Below are positions 18,771 through 28,827 of a stretch of DNA of 64,000 nt, one piece after another (the first letter of the stretch is position 1; every line of letters starts with the position of its first letter). A program made the position numbers and the translations under genes. This DNA comes from an uncultured virus (IMG/VR IMGVR_UViG_2061766007_000727) (lineage: Duplodnaviria > Heunggongvirae > Uroviricota > Caudoviricetes), in the IMG/VR virus record IMGVR_UViG_2061766007_000727, one strand, 5' to 3'. The notes under the pieces are model-generated. The model was not told where the DNA came from. It made no database searches and worked only from the letters and a program-made list of their open reading frames with translations.

Positions 18771-19532
18771 ATGGAAGCGAAGGAATATTATGACAATGTT
18801 TACAAAGAGGAGAACCGTTTGGGTGCTGATTGTGACAATCGACACAAGGTCGAGAAGATAAACAAGGCTATCCTAATAGACGGAGTATGTTCACGATTTA
18901 GGAATGAGAGAGAGTTCAATGTATTGGATATTGGTGCAGGAACAGGGTTGTGGACTGAATACATACACACACGTTACCCAAACACACGTATTGTGTGTGG
19001 AGACATATCCGACAGACACAATCAAATAATGGAACAGAAATTCAGTAAGTTGGATTGTGTCAAAGTTGTCCCTATGAACGCATTATATCTTGGGAAGTTT
19101 GTCAAAGACAGATATGATGTGGTTCTTTGTGGTGGTGCGTTATACCATTTGAACTATACTGATTCAAAGAAAGTAATTTACGATATAACTCGTTTTAAGA
19201 ACGCTTATTGTATGGTGGATTGGTTGTCGGAGACAAGCGGTGAGTTGAATTGGAGTTTTATGAAAGGCAGTCCTGTTTTGGATTTAAAAAAAGATGACAA
19301 GACATTCCATTACTTGACAACAACGAAAATGGAACAGTTGTTACGTCCGTATAAGGACAGAATAGAAATACACGGACATTACGGAGTTGATTCCATAAGC
19401 AGATTCGTAACAGACCGAATCAATGGTTACAATAATGATGAGTTGGAACAATACTGTTCAATAATAAGAAAAAGTTGGGACAAGAACGCTGATTGTAGCG
19501 AACATTCCATCACTGTTTGGAAAAATATGTAG
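18771..19532 (+). CDS. Class I SAM-dependent methyltransferase
   Basis: VLDIGAGTG, GDIS, YDVVLCGGALYHL. Confidence 0.9.
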   Translation: MEAKEYYDNVYKEENRLGADCDNRHKVEKINKAILIDGVCSRFRNEREFNVLDIGAGTGLWTEYIHTRYPNTRIVCGDISDRHNQIMEQKFSKLDCVKVVPMNALYLGKFVKDRYDVVLCGGALYHLNYTDSKKVIYDITRFKNAYCMVDWLSETSGELNWSFMKGSPVLDLKKDDKTFHYLTTTKMEQLLRPYKDRIEIHGHYGVDSISRFVTDRINGYNNDELEQYCSIIRKSWDKNADCSEHSITVWKNM

Positions 19533-19641
19533 AACGTTGTGTTTATACTTGGTTTTGGCGCAAATTCCAATTGGGGGGTTTGCGCTTTTTTGTTATATAT
19601 TATATGTAGAGAAAGAGTTTAACATTTAAAAATAACAAGTT

Positions 19642-20118
19642 ATGACTAAATTAGAGATAGTTAACGCAATCAAGAAATACTTCAAGGTACAAGAGTTGGT
19701 ATCGAAGGCGGTGTATGACAAGTGGGGTGAGAAGGCTTGGAACTTCCTTGACGAGAAGTTGCTTGAGACACTGCTTGTATTACGCAGGGACATACTCAAA
19801 GTACCCCTTGTGTGCAACGATTGGTGTTATGGCGGCAAGAGCAGTCAGCGTGGGTTGCGAGAGAATATATGCAGCATAGTCAAGGAAAAGACAGACAAGG
19901 GTGTTCTGTATCTGTCGCAACATTGTTTCGGAAAGGCGATAGACCTTGTGTCATCTAAAATGAGTGCGGATGATATGCGCAAGACCATCAAGGCTAACGA
20001 GAAGAAACTGCCGTATAACGTGAGAGTTGAAGACGGGGTGTCAGCACCAACTTGGTTACACGTGGACTTGATGTGTGATATTAACCAGAAGGAAAAAGTT
20101 TATTTCTTTAAAGCGTAA
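19642..20118 (+). CDS. Endolysin, peptidase M15-type
   Basis: R..SQHCFGKAID and WLHVD zinc motifs; late promoter. Confidence 0.85.
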   Translation: MTKLEIVNAIKKYFKVQELVSKAVYDKWGEKAWNFLDEKLLETLLVLRRDILKVPLVCNDWCYGGKSSQRGLRENICSIVKEKTDKGVLYLSQHCFGKAIDLVSSKMSADDMRKTIKANEKKLPYNVRVEDGVSAPTWLHVDLMCDINQKEKVYFFKA

Positions 20119-20122
20119 AGAG

Positions 20123-20515
20123 ATGTTGTGGACTAAGGACAGTGATTTAGAGTTATTTGCGGTGCTTACCGATGTCAACGGAGATTTGATTGATGTTGAC
20201 TTGAATTGGATTTCCATTGAGATAAAGGTGGGTAAAAGTCTGTTCAAGGCTGATTCCAATCCTTTGGCGGTTGTTACAAACGAAGCAGGAGAAGTGGAAC
20301 AAGGGGTGTGGGAGAACTGCTACATAACCACAAAAGATGGTGAGAAAGGTATAATGGTTGTTGTGCCTTCCGAATCGCTTGACTTCGGAACGGTGTATAT
20401 GCGCACCTGCACACATCAGCAAGATGAGCATTTCAAGGATGGTTACAAGGATATATGGACTATATGGATGCCTTGTGACTTGGCTATTATAACGGAAAAA
20501 GGATTTAATCAGTGA
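20123..20515 (+). CDS. Hypothetical virion protein
   Basis: ATG at 20123; first gene of the structural cluster. Confidence 0.65.
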   Translation: MLWTKDSDLELFAVLTDVNGDLIDVDLNWISIEIKVGKSLFKADSNPLAVVTNEAGEVEQGVWENCYITTKDGEKGIMVVVPSESLDFGTVYMRTCTHQQDEHFKDGYKDIWTIWMPCDLAIITEKGFNQ

Positions 20516-20522
20516 TATTGCT

Positions 20523-21662
20523 ATGCCGAGATTAGATGTAACACAGTGTGAGGGAAGTTATTTGAGAGTTAGAGTGCCTTTGTTGGTAGTGAACGGAGGC
20601 GGTGCTGACGAGAATAATCTTGTGTCCTATGTGAAGGAACAGGACAAGAGTGAATCCGAGAGAGCGAGAGCGAGACAGAACATAGGTATCAGCGATGATA
20701 TGTATGAGTTCATTGAGAGCGGTGTGGGAACGTATCTGACACCAGACAATGAGACAATCAAGGTGAGCGAAGTTGATGATGACAAGGTTATGTACGCCAT
20801 AGACTGCAAGTTGGATGATGAGAACGGAATACGTGTTAATGGTGTGAGTATTGGCGGATACAACGATGGTGATGTGATAAATGAAGGAACGAAGATTTGG
20901 GATGTGTTGAGAAAGATACTATCTAAAGTCATAGATGTCAGGGCGGTGTTACCAACAATCAAACTCAATTCCGCAATGTCGAGTGCCGACAGAGCGAAGG
21001 TTGACAACGGCAAGATTGAGATAGGGGAGACGCTTACACAGGAATTTTCGGTAACACAAACCAATGGTAAGTTTGAAGGCTTGAGCGGTTACACATACAC
21101 GATAGACGCAGGTTGTGAGTGGGGCAGTAACGTGTCATACAAGAAGGGTTATGAGAACATAGGCAGTACGGATGTGTCAACATTCGGAACAGAAGGAAAC
21201 GTAACATTCACCGCATCGTTGGACTATGGTGCGAGTACGGTAGTACCTGTGAAGAATGACGGCACACCATCGGAAGTAAGGATTGAGAGTGGTACTGCGA
21301 CATCGAGCATAACGTACAATGTAACCAAGAAGGTGTTCTATGGCAATGTGAGCGGACAGATTACGGATAGTGATGAGATTAGGGAACTTGACTATGTATG
21401 GTCTGGTGCCGTAACGTTAGAGATAGCGAACATAGGCACAGGTGTGTTGGTTGTTATGCCGAACAACAGAAGTATTTCGGAAGCCAAGACGGGCAACAAC
21501 CAGATATGGAAGAACAGTGTTATAGACGAGTTCACCTATTATGATGTGGTAATCAAGTATGCGAACAACACAGAGCAGAATCCGTCAGTTGAGACATACA
21601 AGGCTGCGATGGTTATACCTGCGACACCAATGGATACGAGTGTTACGATAAAAATAAGTTAA
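20523..21662 (+). CDS. Putative tail/fibre-associated beta-rich protein
   Basis: ARARQNIG motif; Thr/Val/Gly-rich C-terminal half. Confidence 0.6.
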   Translation: MPRLDVTQCEGSYLRVRVPLLVVNGGGADENNLVSYVKEQDKSESERARARQNIGISDDMYEFIESGVGTYLTPDNETIKVSEVDDDKVMYAIDCKLDDENGIRVNGVSIGGYNDGDVINEGTKIWDVLRKILSKVIDVRAVLPTIKLNSAMSSADRAKVDNGKIEIGETLTQEFSVTQTNGKFEGLSGYTYTIDAGCEWGSNVSYKKGYENIGSTDVSTFGTEGNVTFTASLDYGASTVVPVKNDGTPSEVRIESGTATSSITYNVTKKVFYGNVSGQITDSDEIRELDYVWSGAVTLEIANIGTGVLVVMPNNRSISEAKTGNNQIWKNSVIDEFTYYDVVIKYANNTEQNPSVETYKAAMVIPATPMDTSVTIKIS

Positions 21663-21669
21663 TAGAGAT

Positions 21670-22173
21670 ATGGCGAATAGTTTTGATTTATCGGTTAATG
21701 TGCGGAACGCCAATCCGAGTGCGAACATAGACCACTATTACGGAACATACAATAGTGTTGCTGCCGCTTGCGCAGGTGTGCCGAAGGCGGTGCGCTTGAA
21801 GGGCAAGACCGTTGGTGTGATAGTGAATGGCTCTGTTGTGGAGTATTGGTGGAAGTCTGGAATAGAAGATGCCGACTTGGTGGAGAAAACAAGCGGTGGT
21901 GGTGGTGGTGATAGCGGAAGAAAATACGTATGCACCTTCATAAACACGGCAGGTGGAACGAGTGTCACGATACCTGCGAATGCTCACAACTGCGGAACGG
22001 AGATAGTGGTTCAGTGCAGAGTGAAGGGTGACTTGGCGAATATGGATACCAATGTGTTGTCAAACGGAGATGTCATCATAAGATGGGGTAACGCAAGCCT
22101 AATCAATAGTAACAATCCGTTAGTCATAAGCATAATAGGTATGAATGTGGGAAATGTGCCATTTGGCTCGTAA
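21670..22173 (+). CDS. Putative fibre-associated protein
   Basis: GKTVGV..VVEYWW..GIEDADLVEK N-module; C-module shared with 23414 and 54748. Confidence 0.6.
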   Translation: MANSFDLSVNVRNANPSANIDHYYGTYNSVAAACAGVPKAVRLKGKTVGVIVNGSVVEYWWKSGIEDADLVEKTSGGGGGDSGRKYVCTFINTAGGTSVTIPANAHNCGTEIVVQCRVKGDLANMDTNVLSNGDVIIRWGNASLINSNNPLVISIIGMNVGNVPFGS

Positions 22174-22230
22174 GTTATATATTATAATAGAGATAAGTTG
22201 TATTGTTAAACATTTAATAAATAATAAGTT

Positions 22231-23400
22231 ATGAAATTTTATAACGATATTGATTTACAAGGTAACAGATTGCTGAATGTAGCGAATATGCCAAATGATT
22301 TGCTTGACATCAAGTTGTTACACGCAAAGGATTTGGGTACGCAGAATCCGATAATACCTACATATACGGAGACATCGGCAGGCAGTGGTGTGTACGTGTG
22401 GACTGACATTGATTCGGAGTATCAGATACCGAAGTATTCAGCGTTATGTTACGCATACAAGACAACAAGCGGAATCATAGTTGAAGCGGTCAGTGTGAGT
22501 GATTTTCTGCAAAATGCAGAGTTCAAGGATGGTTTGACGGTGAACGGCAATGGTGAGGTCAGTGTTTTGATTGACCCCACATCTGCGAAGGATAGTGACA
22601 ACCACGACTTGCTGACGGTGAGTGCGAATGGTTTGAAGTTCAGTGGCTCAACGTTGTCGGCAGAGCAGTTGGCGGCTATCGCTTGGGCGATTGGAAAGCG
22701 TCAAGAAGATATGCAAGAGATTGCGGACAGTCTGTATGTAATAACCACAACCGCATCTGGCAGTACAGGCACTACAATAGCCAATGATGGTGTTACGTAC
22801 AACGCTGATGAAAATTCTTCGGTTACTATGACTGTGAACGTTTCAATCAAGTTCAATGATAGTTATGTCACACCGACAAACGAGGCTGATGTGTTAACCG
22901 CAGGATGGTCGAGAGTTGATGTCGGCAGATACTCAAAGAGTTTGACAAGTGGCAGTGGTAATGTGGGTGCGCAAGTGTTCACATACACAGTTGAGAGCGG
23001 TGATTACGCAGGAATAACGGTGTCAAAGAGCAGTAAGCAGATGAGCATCAGTGCGGTTTATCCGATATTCTACGGATTCTATCCTACGAATGTGGCAACC
23101 GACTTGGCAACTGCGGTAGGTACGTTGACACGCAGTGTGTCGAAGTACACTATGACAGATGGTGTGCTTACGAACAACTTGAACGAAGTTGCGTACTATT
23201 GGGTGCTTACACACAATTCCGCTACTGTCACCGACAAGATGACAGGCAATATGGTGGATTTGAAGACGAGTGCGGCTACGTTCACTTCAACGCAGAATCC
23301 AAGTATCACTATGGAGAACTACAAGTTGTACATATCGAGAAGCAGTGCGCTTGCCAATAGTCCGTTGTCGAGTGCGGCTACAATAGTTATCAACCTTTAA
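22231..23400 (+). CDS. Putative tail/fibre protein
   Basis: N-terminus DIDLQGNRLLN shared with 57086; late promoter. Confidence 0.6.
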   Translation: MKFYNDIDLQGNRLLNVANMPNDLLDIKLLHAKDLGTQNPIIPTYTETSAGSGVYVWTDIDSEYQIPKYSALCYAYKTTSGIIVEAVSVSDFLQNAEFKDGLTVNGNGEVSVLIDPTSAKDSDNHDLLTVSANGLKFSGSTLSAEQLAAIAWAIGKRQEDMQEIADSLYVITTTASGSTGTTIANDGVTYNADENSSVTMTVNVSIKFNDSYVTPTNEADVLTAGWSRVDVGRYSKSLTSGSGNVGAQVFTYTVESGDYAGITVSKSSKQMSISAVYPIFYGFYPTNVATDLATAVGTLTRSVSKYTMTDGVLTNNLNEVAYYWVLTHNSATVTDKMTGNMVDLKTSAATFTSTQNPSITMENYKLYISRSSALANSPLSSAATIVINL

Positions 23401-23413
23401 TATTTGAAGAATT

Positions 23414-23983
23414 ATGGCACGTAAGAAACCAGATACAACGAAGGTTAGTCAGAACACGATACCTGCTTCTCTGACCGCATCCAACCCAAACGAGTTTCCG
23501 ATAGTATATGGTGATGACATTTGGGATGTGGTGGCAGGCGGTAGCAGTCTTGCGACACTGATTGGCAACACAGGTCAGTATGACCAACATTCGATTAATG
23601 AAGTGTTGGCGAACACGACATCGGTTGCATCGAACATACATTATGATTATGACACAACGGAATCGGTTTTTGATTCTGAAACTAACAAGGGTATTCCGTC
23701 AGTAGGCACTACATACGTAAAAGTTCCTTCGTATTACTACACTATGTTTGACAATACGGAGATAGTGGAAGGAGTGCCTGTGCCGTTGAATCCGCCTGTG
23801 AACAGTTTCTCTATTCCTATCACGGATTGCGGTAACTGTCCTATTGTGCAGGTGGTTCAAGACGGACACGTTGTTTTTTGTGATTTGGATATTAACATAG
23901 GTACAGGTGTGATAACAATCAATTGGGGTGACACGATAACGGTTAACACACAACATCCTTTGTATATTTCAGTTATAGGTTAG
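23414..23983 (+). CDS. Fibre-associated protein, paralog of 23988
   Basis: Shared ~65-aa N-terminus MARKKPD...HSINE. Confidence 0.65.
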   Translation: MARKKPDTTKVSQNTIPASLTASNPNEFPIVYGDDIWDVVAGGSSLATLIGNTGQYDQHSINEVLANTTSVASNIHYDYDTTESVFDSETNKGIPSVGTTYVKVPSYYYTMFDNTEIVEGVPVPLNPPVNSFSIPITDCGNCPIVQVVQDGHVVFCDLDINIGTGVITINWGDTITVNTQHPLYISVIG

Positions 23984-23987
23984 TTTT

Positions 23988-24923
23988 ATGGCAAGGAAGA
24001 AACCAGATATTGAGAAGATAAGTCAGAACACGATACCTGCGTCAATAACGGCATCGAATCCGAATGATTTTCCGATTGTGTACGGAGATGACATTTGGGA
24101 TGTTGCTATAAGCGGAAGTGGCTTGGCTAACTTGATGGGTAACATAGGTCAGTACGACCAACATTCCATCAATGAGGCACTTGCCAATAATGGTGGTGTG
24201 TTGGAACAGAACTTGAAAGTTTCGATAGACTTGGGTGGTATAACAACGAAACCCACATATACCGCAGGCACTTCTATTGAGAGTATCTTGAGAGCGTTGT
24301 TAAGTCCGTATGTGGCTTTTGACTACACTGTTGTAGGAACTGCTTCAAGCGGTACGTTTGAGTACGGAACGAGCAAGATAATATCTAAATTCAATATCAC
24401 GATAACAGACGGAACGGAAACACCAACAAGTTTGAGCATAGGCACAACGCTTGATGATGATGACTTGAAGTCGGTAAGCAATCCTACGAGTGGTGAGGTT
24501 GCTTTGGATAGCAGTATAACGCTTGACGGAACAACAGACACCACGTACTACTTCAAGATAAGTGATGGCACATCGGATGTAAGAAAGACATTGAGTTACA
24601 ACTTTCCGAAGTACATATATTATGGTGTGGTGAACTCTAACGAGAAACCCACAAGTGGTGTAGGGTTGTCGAGCGCACAATCGGTGAGTGGGGGTGTAAG
24701 TCTGACAACAACTCAAGGGAGTTACATTGTGTTCTTGACACCGACAGAGATGGTGAGCAAGCAGATACTGCAAGAGGCTGAACAGAATATTTACGTACCT
24801 TTGACATCAACAACGGATGCAGGTTCGGTTACATTCACAACGAACACGGGGCAGAGTTTGACATATTATGTGTATTTCAGTCCAGAGATGAGCGTGGGTA
24901 CAGGTAAGTTTAAAATAAGTTAA
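23988..24923 (+). CDS. Fibre-associated protein, paralog of 23414
   Basis: Shared N-terminus; Thr/Ser-rich beta region. Confidence 0.65.
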   Translation: MARKKPDIEKISQNTIPASITASNPNDFPIVYGDDIWDVAISGSGLANLMGNIGQYDQHSINEALANNGGVLEQNLKVSIDLGGITTKPTYTAGTSIESILRALLSPYVAFDYTVVGTASSGTFEYGTSKIISKFNITITDGTETPTSLSIGTTLDDDDLKSVSNPTSGEVALDSSITLDGTTDTTYYFKISDGTSDVRKTLSYNFPKYIYYGVVNSNEKPTSGVGLSSAQSVSGGVSLTTTQGSYIVFLTPTEMVSKQILQEAEQNIYVPLTSTTDAGSVTFTTNTGQSLTYYVYFSPEMSVGTGKFKIS

Positions 24924-24929
24924 GGTATT

Positions 24930-26009
24930 ATGGCGAAGACATACGGATTTCAGATAGCAAGTCAGTTGGCGAGTAAGCATTTGATTGATGCCGACAACGT
25001 GAAGGGTGGATTCTGTGTGGTGGCAACCACAAGTGATAGGGATGAGTTGCCTGCTGCGTATGGTGTCACCGATGGAATCATCACGAAGGGTAGTCTTGTC
25101 TATTGTCAGTCATCAAGTGAGTTATATGTATGCACAGGTGTCGAACTTGTAGGCAGTAAGCCGACCGCCACTTGGACGGAGTTCGTGAGTGGTGGTGATG
25201 TCAATCCTATGGTGTTTATGGGAACACTTGGTTCAAATGATGCCACAATAAGCGTGTTACCAGACACAAGCAGTGCGAACAAGGGGAATGTTTATAAGGT
25301 CAAGACGGAAGGCACATACACATATAACACTGATATGAGTGTGACGGTGAAGGTGGGTGACACGCTCATAAGCAACGAGACGGAGTGGGTTGTGATACCG
25401 AGTGGTGATGAGCCTACGTATCAGTCATTGTCGGAATCGCAGAATAGCAGTGAGGTGTCATTGGTTACAAGGGGGGAGAAATACACTTGGAATCATAGTT
25501 TTCTGCCTTTGAGTGGTGGTATGCTTAATAATACTTCAACCGACACACCATTGAGAGTTAAGGGTAATAGTACAACACAAACATTCATACAATATCAGAA
25601 TAGTGGTGGCACATCTATGGGTTACATAGGTGTCAAAGATAGTGGAAGTGGCGTGTACAAACCCTATTTCTTTGATTCATCAGCGAAACAGATTGCGTTA
25701 TCTGCGGAAACGCCATATATATACAATGATACATATCCGACATTGATGCCTGCGAAGGATACAAACAATTGGATAAAGATAGGCACTACCAACTCCGCAA
25801 ATCAAGGTCTTGGTTACGGATTACTACCGCAACAACAAGGTAGTGCAGGAAGTGGACACGGATATATAGGTGTTTCGTCTTGGTATTGGAAATACGCATA
25901 TATAGATGAGATTTATAGTACAGGCGGAAACCGAGTACCTGTGGTGCAGACCGCATCATCAGTACCATCTTCAATGACAACAGGTGTGCTTTATTTAATT
26001 AGCGGATAA
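24930..26009 (+). CDS. Putative tail fibre protein
   Basis: LPLSGG motif, Gly/Ser-rich, GVLYLI terminus. Confidence 0.6.
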   Translation: MAKTYGFQIASQLASKHLIDADNVKGGFCVVATTSDRDELPAAYGVTDGIITKGSLVYCQSSSELYVCTGVELVGSKPTATWTEFVSGGDVNPMVFMGTLGSNDATISVLPDTSSANKGNVYKVKTEGTYTYNTDMSVTVKVGDTLISNETEWVVIPSGDEPTYQSLSESQNSSEVSLVTRGEKYTWNHSFLPLSGGMLNNTSTDTPLRVKGNSTTQTFIQYQNSGGTSMGYIGVKDSGSGVYKPYFFDSSAKQIALSAETPYIYNDTYPTLMPAKDTNNWIKIGTTNSANQGLGYGLLPQQQGSAGSGHGYIGVSSWYWKYAYIDEIYSTGGNRVPVVQTASSVPSSMTTGVLYLISG

Positions 26010-26063
26010 TTGTAATATAACAATATTTGTATTACATTTGTAGTTCTAAATAAATATAGAGGT

Positions 26064-26744
26064 ATGGCACAATACGCATATTATAAGATAGGTAACACCA
26101 ACACACAGATAAAGAGAGTTGGATGGAAGGTTGGAAACAATACCTCCACATTCCGCAAGGTAGGGTGGAACAATTCGGTATATATACTTGAATCGTGGCG
26201 GAGTTGTTCTGCGAATGTGCCTGTTACTTATAGATATTATACACAAGGAAAATCAATACCTACTGCAAACCATTCTTATACTTTGGTTAGTTCTTGGGAA
26301 TCATCATATTATTATGGTAATATAGTACACCACTCTGGTACATCTTATTGTTGGGATGTTAATTGGTTTTCAACGTATGATGATGAAAATGTTATGCACG
26401 TAGATAACGCATATACTTTTGTTACAAATGGTATGACTTACACAAATGGTTTATATAGAAGTATTAGTGATGGTTATACTTTTGAAGTAAAATCTTATGA
26501 AAATGGTACAAAGAATGTGCAGACATCCGTTTCACATACAGTAGAGACACCTGTACACGGTGGTAATTTCCAACAAAAGGCTGAATTTAAGTATGAGCAG
26601 TCAACAATACCAAATCAAGGACATATTAACAATTCGTTGATTATTGATAAATATAATCTGTATCCTATTATTGATAATGTCAATCATTTGACAACAAGTT
26701 ATTTTCTGCCATCAGAAACACCTTTTGTTTGGAACACTTGGTAA
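26064..26744 (+). CDS. Hypothetical protein
   Basis: Own early promoter at 26018; KRVGWK/RKVGWN repeat at the N-terminus. Confidence 0.65.
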   Translation: MAQYAYYKIGNTNTQIKRVGWKVGNNTSTFRKVGWNNSVYILESWRSCSANVPVTYRYYTQGKSIPTANHSYTLVSSWESSYYYGNIVHHSGTSYCWDVNWFSTYDDENVMHVDNAYTFVTNGMTYTNGLYRSISDGYTFEVKSYENGTKNVQTSVSHTVETPVHGGNFQQKAEFKYEQSTIPNQGHINNSLIIDKYNLYPIIDNVNHLTTSYFLPSETPFVWNTW

Positions 26745-26771
26745 AATAAATAATATAAAACAACAACAACA

Positions 26772-27971
26772 ATGGAAAGAGTTATTACGGCAGTGATACC
26801 TGCCTTTGGTGAGATTGGAATAGTTAAAAATTCAGTTGTCTCACTTGCGACACAATGGATACCAGATGATGAGTTCCGATTGGAGATTATCATAGTGAAC
26901 GATAATCCCAAAATGAACTATTCTTATTTTCTGGGTGAGGAATTTCAAAAAATAGTGAATAACAATATCGTTATTAGAATAATTGATAATAATAACAATT
27001 ACGGACAAGGAATATCACGGCAGATAGGTATTGATAATGCGAGTTCAAATTGGATTCTCCTGTGTGATGAGGACGATATGTACGCAACTAATGCGGTATA
27101 TAGGTTTTGGGAGATACTAAACGAGCAACATTATGGTGGAGAAGACGGAAAGGGTGTCGCTTTAATATCAGCACCATTATATTCTTTTGAAAAGAATAAG
27201 GAACGGAAGATAATAAACGCCCAATCAATATGGGTGAATGGAAAACTGTACAACAGACAGTTTTTAAGGGAAAATATGATAATGTTTCCGACAGGCAAGA
27301 ACTCACACAGGTCGGAGGATTATCCATTCATAAAGATGTTGGATTATGCGATAGCGAACAATTCAAATTACAAGCGAGTTGACTTTGATGATGACGCAGA
27401 CACATTCTACTATTGGATACCAAATCAAAATTCGAGAACGAGATGTGAAAAATTCTATTCAGCCTTACTGACACCGTTCACAATGAAGTCATCATTAATG
27501 ATATTCAAATATCAAAAATGGTTTAATGAGTATCACAACATAGTTAAGGATAAAGATGAGGAGATGAAACACACGATTTTAAATATGTGTGTGTATGCGT
27601 ACTTCAACTACAACTATTGGTTGTTCTGTATGAATCAAGGCTGGAAGGATGATGAGAAGTTTTTGGAGGAAGATTGGGAGATGTACAAGAGTGTTCTTAA
27701 AGGTTTGAGGGATGAGTTGAAGTATTATTGGAACGAGATTGTTCCTTCGGACATATTCTTGATGTTATCAAGTGTGAAGATGAACTCCGATGTCAACTTT
27801 GTGGAATCGTGGCTGGGTTCGTTTGAGACTTGGGTAACGAAGGGGTTCAAGACGGACAAGATGAATTTTGGGGAGATAAAGGAATACTGCGGCAGTTTGA
27901 GTTTTGACACCGCAAAACACGAAACCAACTCATCTTACTCTCGAGCGTGGAAGAAACGTAATAAAATATAG
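26772..27971 (+). CDS. Family 2 glycosyltransferase
   Basis: VIPAF, IIIVND, GISRQIG, CDEDD, SED motifs. Confidence 0.9.
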   Translation: MERVITAVIPAFGEIGIVKNSVVSLATQWIPDDEFRLEIIIVNDNPKMNYSYFLGEEFQKIVNNNIVIRIIDNNNNYGQGISRQIGIDNASSNWILLCDEDDMYATNAVYRFWEILNEQHYGGEDGKGVALISAPLYSFEKNKERKIINAQSIWVNGKLYNRQFLRENMIMFPTGKNSHRSEDYPFIKMLDYAIANNSNYKRVDFDDDADTFYYWIPNQNSRTRCEKFYSALLTPFTMKSSLMIFKYQKWFNEYHNIVKDKDEEMKHTILNMCVYAYFNYNYWLFCMNQGWKDDEKFLEEDWEMYKSVLKGLRDELKYYWNEIVPSDIFLMLSSVKMNSDVNFVESWLGSFETWVTKGFKTDKMNFGEIKEYCGSLSFDTAKHETNSSYSRAWKKRNKI

Positions 27972-28014
27972 TTATATATTATAGATAGGATAATATTAAA
28001 AACAAAAAAGTTAT

Positions 28015-28827
28015 ATGGCTACACAAGTAATACAGTTACATAAAGCGGATGACCCCGTAGAACAATGGATGCCTAAAACATACGCAAGTGCGGTGAATTT
28101 GGATAAGTGGGATGATATTAATTGGCAAAGCGGACACAGAAGTTTTTATCCAAGTGGTATTAATTCCAATACCACTGTTGATGAGGCACTTGTTGCAATG
28201 AGAAACTCGTTAGAGGGCAAACAATCAAATCTTGGTATAGATTCACAAGGTGGTGATGAAACATTATTTCTCAACCAAAAAGGTGAATGGGCAGTACCTG
28301 CTGGTGGCGGAGGTAGCGGAAGTGGTACTGTCAAACCAAGCACTGTGGGACGGCTCGCCTATTATACCGAAAACACTGCGGTCAGCGGATGTAACTTGAA
28401 TTGGGATGCGCAGAACGGAAGACTTGGGGTTGACAAGGATTCTCCAACGGTTGCGTTGGATGTGGATGGTAACATTTACGCTTCTGGCGGAATCACCTGC
28501 GCAGCGTCATCGTCAGACAGGAGGCTGAAAACGGACATCAAGCCGTTCAATGGTTTGGATATAATCAACAATATGGATTATGTTCAGTTCAAGTGGAACA
28601 ACAAGGTTGACGGATTGGATGGCAATGACAAGTTTTTCGACAAGAGCAGTATTAACTATGGTGTTATTGCGCAGGACGTGGAAGGTGTCATAGACGGATT
28701 GGTGTTTGATATGCCAAACGGATACAAGGGTGTGAGATATGAGAAACTTATTCCCATAATGGCGCAGGCAATCAAGGAACTATCGGAGAAAGTTGATTAT
28801 TTACAATCTTTAATTAAACAGAGATGA
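28015..28827 (+). CDS. Tail fibre/spike with intramolecular chaperone (peptidase S74) domain
   Basis: SSDRRLKTDI, YGVIAQDV, YEKLIPIMAQAIKEL. Confidence 0.85.
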   Translation: MATQVIQLHKADDPVEQWMPKTYASAVNLDKWDDINWQSGHRSFYPSGINSNTTVDEALVAMRNSLEGKQSNLGIDSQGGDETLFLNQKGEWAVPAGGGGSGSGTVKPSTVGRLAYYTENTAVSGCNLNWDAQNGRLGVDKDSPTVALDVDGNIYASGGITCAASSSDRRLKTDIKPFNGLDIINNMDYVQFKWNNKVDGLDGNDKFFDKSSINYGVIAQDVEGVIDGLVFDMPNGYKGVRYEKLIPIMAQAIKELSEKVDYLQSLIKQR

